DNA from: Balanoglossus misakiensis
Lineage: Eukaryota > Animalia > Hemichordata
Reading direction: 5' to 3'
Assembly: GCA_040954595.2 (NCBI GenBank)
Contig: CM082581.2
Coordinates: 9,854,999 to 9,918,998 of the forward strand
Length of the DNA stretch: 64,000 nt
The notes beneath the pieces were generated by a model that was given only the letters and a program-made list of their open reading frames with translations, searched no databases and had not been told where the DNA came from. The first letter of the stretch is position 1. Every line of letters starts with the position of its first letter. Shown here piece by piece: positions 53,401 to 64,000 of the stretch. The translations under genes were made by a program, and so were the position numbers.

Positions 53401-56400
53401 ATATCAAAATTTCTTCATTTTTTGAAAAAACCATGGGTTATAGCTCATGAAAATCATCCCAGAATGACAATTTTTCGACTTTGCGAGATATCAAAATTTC
53501 TTCATTTTTTTGAAAAAACCATGGGTTATAGCTCATGAAAATCATCCCAAAATGACAATTTTTCGACTTTGCGAGATATCAAAATTTCTTCATTTTTTTG
53601 AAAAAACCATGGGTTATAGCTCATGAAAATCATCCCAGAATGACAATTTTTCGACTTTGCGAGATATCAAAATTTCTTCATTTTTTTGAAAAAACCATGG
53701 GTTATAGCTCATGAAAATCATCCCAGAATGACAATTTTTCGACTTTGCGAGATATCAAAGTTTCTTCATTTTTTTGAAAAAACCATGGGTTATAGCTCAT
53801 GAAAATCATCCCAAAATGACAATTTTTCGACTTTGCGAGATATCAAAATTTCTTCATTTTTTTGAAAAAACCATGGGTTATAGCTCATGAAAATCATCCC
53901 AGAATGACAATTTTTCGACTTTGCGAGATATCAAAGTTTCTTCATTTTTTTGAAAAAACCATGGGTTATAGCTCATGAAAATCATCCCAGAATGACAATT
54001 TTTCGACTTTGCGAGATATCAAAATTTCTTCATTTTTTTGAAAAAACCATGGGTTATAGCTCATGAAAATCATCCCAGAATGACAATTTTTCGACTTTGC
54101 GAGATATCAAAATTTCTTCATTTTTTTGAAAAAACCATGGGTTATAGCTCATGAAAATCATCCCAGAATGACAATTTTTCGACTTTGCGAGATATCAAAA
54201 TTTCTTCATTTTTTTGAAAAAACCATGGGTTATAGCTCATGAAAATCATCCCAGAATGACAATTTTTCGACTTTGCGAGTAGCAAAATTTCTTCATTTTT
54301 TTGAAAAAACCATGGGTTATAGCTCATGAAAATCATCCCAGAATGACAATTTTTCAACTTTGCGAGATATCAAAATTTCTTCATTTTTTTGAAAAAACCA
54401 TGGGTTATAGCTCATGAAAATCATCCCAAAATGACAATTTTTCGACTTTGCGAGATATCAAAATTTCCTCATTTTTTTGAAAAAACCATGGGTTATAGCT
54501 CATGAAAATCATCCCAGAATGACAATTTTTCGACTTTGCGAGATATCAAAATTTCTTCATTTTTTTGAAAAAACCATGGGTTATAGCTCATGAAAATCAT
54601 CCCAGAATGACAATTTTTCGACTTTGCGAGATATCAAAATTTCTTCATTTTTTTGAAAAAACCATGGGTTATAGCTCATGAAAATCATCCCAGAATGACA
54701 ATTTTTCGACTTTGCGAGATATCAAAATTTCTTCATTTTTTTGAAAAAACCATGGGTTATAGCTCATGAAAATCATCCCAGAATGACAATTTTTCGACTT
54801 TGCGAGATATCAAAATTTCTTCATTTTTTTGAAAAAACCATGGGTTATAGCTCATGAAAATCATCCCAGAATGACAATTTTTCGACTTTGCGAGATATCA
54901 AAATTTCTTCATTTTTTTGAAAAAACCATGGGTTATAGCTCATGAAAATCATCCCAGAATGACAATTTTTCGACTTTGCGAGATATCAAAATTTCTTCAT
55001 TTTTTTGAAAAAACCATGGGTTATAGCTCATGAAAATCATCCCAGAATGACAATTTTTCGACTTTGCGATATATCAAAATTTCTTCATTTTTTTGAAAAA
55101 ACCATGGGTTATAGCTCATGAAAATCATCCCAGAATGACAATTTTTCGACTTTGCGAGATATCAAAATTTCTTCATTTTTTTGAAAAAACCATGGGTTAT
55201 AGCTCATGAAAATCATCCCAGAATGACAATTTTTCGACTTTGCGAGATATCAAAATTTCTTCATTTTTTTGAAAAAACCATGGGTTATAGCTCATGAAAA
55301 TCATCCCAAAATGACAATTTTTCGACTTTGCGAGATATCAAAATTTCTTCATTTTTTTGAAAAAACCATGGGTTATAGCTCATGAAAATCATCCCAGAAT
55401 GACAATTTTTCGACTTTGCGAGATATCAAAATTTCTTCATTTTTTTGAAAAAACCATGGGTTATAGCTCATGAAAATCATCCCAGAATGACAATTTTTCG
55501 ACTTTGCGAGATATCAAAATTTCTTCATTTTTTTGAAAAAACCATGGGTTATAGCTCATGAAAATCATCCCAAAATGACAATTTTTCGACTTTGCGAGAT
55601 ATCAAAATTTCTTCATTTTTTTGAAAAAACCATGGGTTATAGCTCATGAAAATCATCCCAGAATGACAATTTTTCGACTTTGCGAGATATCAAAATTTCT
55701 TCATTTTTTTGAAAAAACCATGGGTTATAGCTCATGAAAATCATCCCAGAATGACAATTTTTCGACTTTGCGAGATATCAAAATTTCTTCATTTTTTTGA
55801 AAAAACCATGGGTTATAGCTCATGAAAATCATCCCAGAATGACAATTTTTCGACTTTGCGAGATATCAAAATTTCTTCATTTTTTTGAAAAAACCATGGG
55901 TTATAGCTCATGAAAATCATCCCAGAATGACAATTTTTCGACTTTGCGAGATATCAAAATTTCTTCATTTTTTTGAAAAAACCATGGGTTATAGCTCATG
56001 AAAATCATCCCAGAATGACAATTTTTCGACTTTGCGAGATATCAAAATTTCTTCATTTTTTTGAAAAAACCATGGGTTATAGCTCATGAAAATCATCCCA
56101 GAATGACAATTTTTCGACTTTGCGAGATATCAAAATTTCTTCATTTTTTTGAAAAAACCATGGGTTATAGCTCATGAAAATCATCCCAGAATGACAATTT
56201 TTCGACTTTGCGAGATATCAAAATTTCTTCATTTTTTTGAAAAAAACATGGGTTATAGCTCATGAAAATCATCCCAGAATGACAATTTTTCGACTTTGCG
56301 AGATATCAAAATTTCTTCATTTTTTTGAAAAAACCATGGGTTATAGCTCATGAAAATCATCCCAGAATGACAATTTTTCGACTTTGCGAGATATCAAAAT

Positions 56401-59400
56401 TTCTTCATTTTTTTGAAAAAACCATGGGTTATAGCTCATGAAAATCATCCCAGAATGACAATTTTTCGACTTTGCGAGATATCAAAATTTCTTCATTTTT
56501 TTGAAAAAACCATGGGTTATAGCTCATGAAAATCATCCCAGAATGACAATTTTTCGACTTTGCGAGATATCAAAATTTCTTCATTTTTTTGAAAAAACCA
56601 TGGGTTATAGCTCATGAAAATCATCCCAGAATGACAATTTGTCGACTTTGCGAGATATCAAAATTTCTTCATTTTTTTGAAAAAACCATGGGTTATAGCT
56701 CATGAAAATCATCCCAGAATGACAATTTTTCGACTTTGCGAGATATCAAAATTTCTTCATTTTTTTGAAAAAACCATGGGTTATAGCTCATGAAAATCAT
56801 CCCAAAATGACAATTTTTGGACTTTGCGAGATATCAAAATTTCCTCATTTTTTTGAAAAAACCATGGGTTATAGCTCATGAAAATCATCCCAAAATGACA
56901 ATTTTTGGACTTTGCGAGATATCAAAATTTCCTCATTTTTTTGAAAAAACCATGGGTTATAGCTCATGAAAATCATCCCAGAATGACAATTTTTCGACTT
57001 TGCGAGATATCAAAATTTCTTCATTTTTTTGAAAAAACCATGGGTTATAGCTCATGAAAATCATCCCAGAATGACAATTTTTCGACTTTGCGAGATATCA
57101 AAATTTCTTCATTTTTTTGAAAAAACCATGGGTTATAGCTCATGAAAAACATCCCAGAATGACAATTTTTCGACTTTGCGAGATATCAAAATTTCTTCAT
57201 TTTTTTGAAAAAACCATGGGTTATAGCTCATGAAAATCATCCCAGAATGACAATTTTTCGACTTTGCGAGATATCAAAATTTCTTCATTTTTTTGAAAAA
57301 ACCATGGGTTATAGCTCATGAAAATCATCCCAGAATGACAATTTTTCGACTTTGCGAGATTTCAAAATTTCTTCATTTTTTTGAAAAAACCATGGGTTAT
57401 AGCTCATGAAAATCATCCCAGAATGACAATTTTTCGACTTTGCGAGATATCAAAATTTCTTCATTTTTTTGAAAAAACCATGGGTTATAGCTCATGAAAA
57501 TCATCCCAGAATGACAATTTTTCGACTTTGCGAGATATCAAAATTTCTTCATTTTTTTGAAAAAACCATGGGTTATAGCTCATGAAAATCATCCCAGAAT
57601 GACAATTTTTCGACTTTGCGAGATATCAAAATTTCTTCATTTTTTTGAAAAAACCATGGGTTATAGCTCATGAAAATCATCCCAGAATGACAATTTTTCG
57701 ACTTTGCGAGATATCAAAATTTCTTCATTTTTTTGAAAAAAACCATGGGTTATAGCTCATGAAAATCATCCCAGAATGACAATTTGTCGACTTTGCGAGA
57801 TATCAAAATTTCTTCATTTTTTTGAAAAAACCATGGGTTATAGCTCATGAAAATCATCCCAGAATGACAATTTTTCGACTTTGCGAGATATCAAAATTTC
57901 TTCATTTTTTTGAAAAAACCATGGGTTATAGCTCATGAAAATCATCCCAAAATGACAATTTTTCGACTTTGCGAGATATCAAAATTTCCTCATTTTTTTG
58001 AAAAAACCATGGGTTATAGCTCATGAAAATCATCCCAAAATGACAATTTTTCGACTTTGCGAGATATCAAAATTTCCTCATTTTTTTGAAAAAACCATGG
58101 GTTATAGCTCATGAAAATCATCCCAGAATGACAATTTTTCGACTTTGCGAGATATCAAAATTTCTTCATTTTTTTGAAAAAACCATGGGTTATAGCTCAT
58201 GAAAATCATCCCAGAATGACAATTTTTCGACTTTGCGAGATATCAAAATTTCTTCATTTTTTTGAAAAAACCATGGGTTATAGCTCATGAAAATCATCCC
58301 AGAATGACAATTTTTCGACTTTGCGAGATATCAAAATTTCTTCATTTTTTTGAAAAAACCATGGGTTATAGCTCATGAAAATCATCCCACAATGACAATT
58401 TTTCGACTTTGCGAGATATCAAAATTTCTTCATTTTTTTGAAAAAACCATGGGTTATAGCTCATGAAAATCATACCAAAATGACAATTTTTCGACTTTGC
58501 GAGATATCAAAATTTCTTCATTTTTTTGAAAAAACCATGGGTTATAGCTCATGAAAATCATCCCAGAATGACAATTTTTCGACTTTGCGAGATATCAAAA
58601 TTTCTTCATTTTTTTGAAAAAACCATGGGTTATAGCTCATGAAAATCATCCCAGAATGACAATTTTTCGACTTTGCGAGATATCAAAATTTCTTCATTTT
58701 TTTGAAAAAACCATGGGTTATAGCTCATGAAAATCATCCCACAATGACAATTTTTCGACTTTGCGAGATATCAAAATTTCTTCATTTTTTTGAAAAAACC
58801 ATGGGTTATAGCTCATGAAAATCATACCAAAATGACAATTTTTCGACTTTGCGAGATATCAAAATTTCTTCATTTTTTTGAAAAAACCATGGGTTATAGC
58901 TCATGAAAATCATCCCAGAATGACAATTTTTCGACTTTGCGAGATATCAAAATTTCTTCATTTTTTTGAAAAAACCATGGGTTATAGCTCATGAAAATCA
59001 TCCCAGAATGACAATTTTTCGACTTTGCGAGATATCAAAATTTCTTCATTTTTTTGAAAAAACCATGGGTTATAGCTCATGAAAATCATCCCAGAATGAC
59101 AATTTTTCGACTTTGCGAGATATCAAAATTTCTTCATTTTTTTGAAAAAACCATGGGTTATAGCTCATGAAAATCATCCCAAAATGACAATTTTTCGACT
59201 TTGCGAGATATCAAAATTTCTTCATTTTTTTGAAAAAACCATGGGTTATAGCTCATGAAAATCATCCCAGAATGACAATTTTTCGACTTTGCGAGATATC
59301 AAAATTTCTTCATTTTTTTGAAAAAACCATGGGTTATAGCTCATGAAAATCATCCCAGAATGACAATTTTTCGACTTTGCGAGATATCAAAATTTCTTCA

Positions 59401-62400
59401 TTTTTTTGAAAAAACCATGGGTTATAGCTCATGAAAATCATCCCAGAATGACAATTTTTCGACTTTGCGAGATATCAAAATTTCTTCATTTTTTTGAAAA
59501 AACCATGGGTTATAGCTCATGAAAATCATCCCAGAATGACAATTTTTCGACTTTGCGAGATATCAAAATTTCTTCATTTTTTTGAAAAAACCATGGGTTA
59601 TAGCTCATGAAAATCATCCCAGAATGACAATTTTTCGACTTTGCGAGATATCAAAATTTCTTCATTTTTTTGAAAAAACCATGGGTTATAGCTCATGAAA
59701 ATCATCCCACAATGACAATTTTTCGACTTTGCGAGATATCAAAATTTCTTCATTTTTTGAAAAAACCATGGGTTATAGCTCATGAAAATCATACCAAAAT
59801 GACAATTTTTCGACTTTGCGAGATATCAAAATTTCTTCATTTTTTTGAAAAAACCATGGGTTATAGCTCATGAAAATCATCCCAGAATGACAATTTTTCG
59901 ACTTTGCGAGATATCAAAATTTCTTCATTTTTTTGAAAAAACCATGGGTTATAGCTCATGAAAATCATCCCAGAATGACAATTTTTCGACTTTGCGAGAT
60001 ATCAAAATTTCTTCATTTTTTTGAAAAAACCATGGGTTATAGCTCATGAAAATCATCCCAAAATGACAATTTTTCGACTTTGCGAGATATCAAAATTTCT
60101 TCATTTTTTTGAAAAAACCATGGGTTATAGCTCATGAAAATCATCCCAGAATGACAATTTTTCGACTTTGCGAGATATCAAAATTTCTTCATTTTTTTGA
60201 AAAAACCATGGGTTATAGCTCATGAAAATCATCCCAGAATGACAATTTTTCGACTTTGCGAGATATCAAAATTTCTTCATTTTTTTGAAAAAACCATGGG
60301 TTATAGCTCATGAAAATCATCCCAGAATGACAATTTTTCGACTTTGCGAGATATCAAAATTTCTTCATTTTTTTGAAAAAACCATGGGTTATAGCTCATG
60401 AAAATCATCCCAGAATGACAATTTTTCGACTTTGCGAGATATCAAAATTTCTTCATTTTTTTGAAAAAACCATGGGTTATAGCTCATGAAAATCATCCCA
60501 GAATGACAATTTTTCGACTTTGCGAGATATCAAAATTTCTTCATTTTTTTGAAAAAACCATGGGTTATAGCTCATGAAAATCATCCCAGAATGACAATTT
60601 TTCGACTTTGCGAGATATCAAAATTTCTTCATTTTTTTGAAAAAACCATGGGTTATAGCTCATGAAAATCATCCCACAATGACAATTTTTCGACTTTGCG
60701 AGATATCAAAATTTCTTCATTTTTTTGAAAAAACCATGGGTTATAGCTCATGAAAATCATACCAAAATGACAATTTTTCGACTTTGCGAGATATCAAAAT
60801 TTCTTCATTTTTTTGAAAAAACCATGGGTTATAGCTCATGAAAATCATCCCAGAATGACAATTTTTCGACTTTGCGAGATATCAAAATTTCTTCATTTTT
60901 TTGAAAAAACCATGGGTTATAGCTCATGAAAATCATCCCAGAATGACAATTTTTCGACTTTGCGAGATATCAAAATTTCTTCATTTTTTTGAAAAAACCA
61001 TGGGTTATAGCTCATGAAAATCATCCCAAAATGACAATTTTTCGACTTTGCGAGATATCAAAATTTCTTCATTTTTTTGAAAAAACCATGGGTTATAGCT
61101 CATGAAAATCATCCCAGAATGACAATTTTTCGACTTTGCGAGATATCAAAATTTCTTCATTTTTTTGAAAAAACCATGGGTTATAGCTCATGAAAATCAT
61201 CCCAAAATGACAATTTTTCGACTTTGCGAGATATCAAAATTTCTTCATTTTTTTGAAAAAACCATGGGTTATAGCTCATGAAAATCATCCCAAAATGACA
61301 ATTTTTCGACTTTGCGAGATATCAAAATTTCTTCAATTTTTTGAAAAAACCATGGGTTATAGCTCATGAAAATCATCCAGGAATGACAATTTTTCGACTT
61401 TCCGAAATATCAAAATTTCTTCATTTTTTTGAAAAAACCATGGGTTATAGCTCATGAAAATCATCCCAGAATGACAATTTTTCGACTTTGCGAGATATCA
61501 AAATTTCTTCATTTTTTTGAAAAAACCATGGGTTATAGCTCATGAAAATCATCCCAGAATGACAATTTTTCGACTTTGCGAGATATCAAAATTTCTTCAT
61601 TTTTTTGAAAAAACCATGGGTTATAGCTCATGAAAATCATCCCAAAATGACAATTTTTCGACTTTGCGAGATATCAAAATTTCTTCATTTTTTTGAAAAA
61701 ACCATGGGTTATAGCTCATGAAAATCATCCCAGAATGACAATTTTTCGACTTTGCGAGATATCAAAATTTCTTCATTTTTTTGAAAAAACCATGGGTTAT
61801 AGCTCATGAAAATCATCCCAGAATGACAATTTTTCGACTTTGCGAGATATCAAAATTTCTTCATTTTTTTGAAAAAACCATGGGTTATAGCTCATGAAAA
61901 TCATCCCAAAATGACAATTTTTCGACTTTGCGAGATATCAAAATTTCTTCATTTTTTTGAAAAAACCATGGGTTATAGCTCATGAAAATCATCCCACAAT
62001 GACAATTTTTCGACTTTGCGAGATATCAAAATTTCTTCATTTTTTTGAAAAAACCATGGGTTATAGCTCATTAAAATCATCCCAGAATGACAATTTTTCG
62101 ACTTTGCGAGATATCAAAATTTCTTCATTTTTTTGAAAAAACCATGGGTTATAGCTCATGAAAATCATCCCAGAATGACAATTTTTCGACTTTGCGAGAT
62201 ATCAAAATTTCTTCATTTTTTTGAAAAAACCATGGGTTATAGCTCATGAAAATCATCCCAGAATGACAATTTTTCGACTTTGCGAGATATCAAAATTTCT
62301 TCATTTTTTTGAAAAAACCATGGGTTATAGCTCATGAAAATCATCCCACAATGACAATTTTTCGACTTTGCGAGATATCAAAATTTCTTCATTTTTTTGA

Positions 62401-64000
62401 AAAAACCATGGGTTATAGCTCATGAAAATCATACCAAAATGACAATTTTTCGACTTTGCGAGATATCAAAATTTCTTCATTTTTTTGAAAAAACCATGGG
62501 TTATAGCTCATGAAAATCATCCCAGAATGACAATTTTTCGACTTTGCGAGATATCAAAATTTCTTCATTTTTTTGAAAAAACCATGGGTTATAGCTCATG
62601 AAAATCATCCCAGAATGACAATTTTTCGACTTTGCGAGATATCAAAATTTCTTCATTTTTTTGAAAAACCATGGGTTATAGCTCATGAAAATCATCCCAC
62701 AATGACAATTTTTCGACTTTGCGAGATATCAAAATTTCTTCATTTTTTTGAAAAAACCATGGGTTATAGCTCATGAAAATCATACCAAAATGACAATTTT
62801 TCGACTTTGCGAGATATCAAAATTTCTTCATTTTTTTGAAAAAACCATGGGTTATAGCTCATGAAAATCATCCCAGAATGACAATTTTTCGACTTTGCGA
62901 GATATCAAAATTTCTTCATTTTTTTGAAAAAACCATGGGTTATAGCTCATGAAAATCATCCCAGAATGACAATTTTTCGACTTTGCGAGATATCAAAATT
63001 CTTCATTTTTTTGAAAAAACCATGGGTTATAGCTCATGAAAATCATCCCAAAATGACAATTTTTCGACTTTGCGAGATATCAAAATTTCTTCATTTTTTT
63101 GAAAAAACCATGGGTTATAGCTCATGAAAATCATCCCAGAATGACAATTTTTCGACTTTGCGAGATATCAAAATTTCTTCATTTTTTTGAAAAAACCATG
63201 GGTTATAGCTCATGAAAATCATCCCAGAATGACAATTTTTCGACTTTGCGAGATATCAAAATTTCTTCATTTTTTTGAAAAAACCATGGGTTATAGCTCA
63301 TGAAAATCATCCCAAATGACAATTTTTCGACTTTGCGAGATATCAAAATTTCTTCATTTTTTTGAAAAAACCATGGGTTATAGCTCATGAAAATCATCCC
63401 AGAATGACAATTTTTCGACTTTGCGAGATATCAAAATTTCTTCATTTTTTTGAAAAAACCATGGGTTATAGCTCATGAAATCATCCCAGAATGACAATTT
63501 TTCGACTTTGCGAGATATCAAAATTTCTTCATTTTTTTGAAAAAACCATGGGTTATAGCTCATGAAAATCATCCCAAAATGACAATTTTTCGACTTGCGA
63601 GATATCAAAATTTCTTCATTTTTTTGAAAAAACCATGGGTTATAGCTCATGAAAATCATCCCAGAATGACAATTTTTCGACTTTGCGAGATATCAAAATT
63701 TCTTCATTTTTTTGAAAAAACCATGGGTTATAGCTCATGAAAATCATCCCAGAATGACAATTTTTCGACTTTGCGAGATATCAAAATTTCTTCATTTTTT
63801 TGAAAAAACCATGGGTTATAGCTCATGAAAATCATCCCAGAATGACAATTTTTCGACTTTGCGAGATATCAAAATTTCTTCATTTTTTTGAAAAAACCAT
63901 GGGTTATAGCTCATGAAAATCATCCCAGAATGACAATTTTTCGACTTTGCGAGATATCAAAATTTCTTCATTTTTTTGAAAAAACCATGGGTTATAGCTC
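50496..64000. repeat. 88-bp satellite DNA array, about 153 monomers in the window and running off the end; consensus GAGATATCAAAATTTCTTCATTTTTTTGAAAAAACCATGGGTTATAGCTCATGAAAATCATCCCAGAATGACAATTTTTCGACTTTGC
   Basis: Head-to-tail near-identical copies with an 88-bp period and no unique spacers. Confidence 0.98.

Noticed and set aside
50496-64000. CRISPR array, or coding repeats (the MIFMSYNPWFFQK and MKKPWVIAHENH ORFs)
   Set aside because: There are no unique spacers and no cas genes, and the context is eukaryotic. The 88-bp period is not a multiple of 3, so the ORFs arise from occasional indels.

Overview
Eukaryotic (animal) genomic DNA with GT-AG introns. The gene set, intron style and mosaic CpG pattern suggest an invertebrate deuterostome such as an acorn worm, echinoderm or amphioxus (inference only). 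Five spliced protein-coding genes could be reconstructed by hand: the 3' part of a CD39/NTPDase (ENTPD-family) gene (+, 1-3133), a complete alpha-L-iduronidase IDUA (-, 4676-9852), an intron-poor metabotropic-glutamate-receptor-like class C GPCR (-, 15609-19773), PRADC1 (-, 28804-30188), and EDRF1 (+, 30728-39269), which lies head-to-head with PRADC1. The last 13.5 kb is a very homogeneous 88-bp satellite array with visible higher-order structure. The most notable observation is in IDUA: the 96-nt exon carrying the catalytic acid/base glutamate (WNEPD) is tandemly duplicated. Both copies are intact and diverged largely at synonymous sites, and only 44 nt separate them, which is the signature of mutually exclusive splicing producing two active-site variants of a lysosomal glycosidase.
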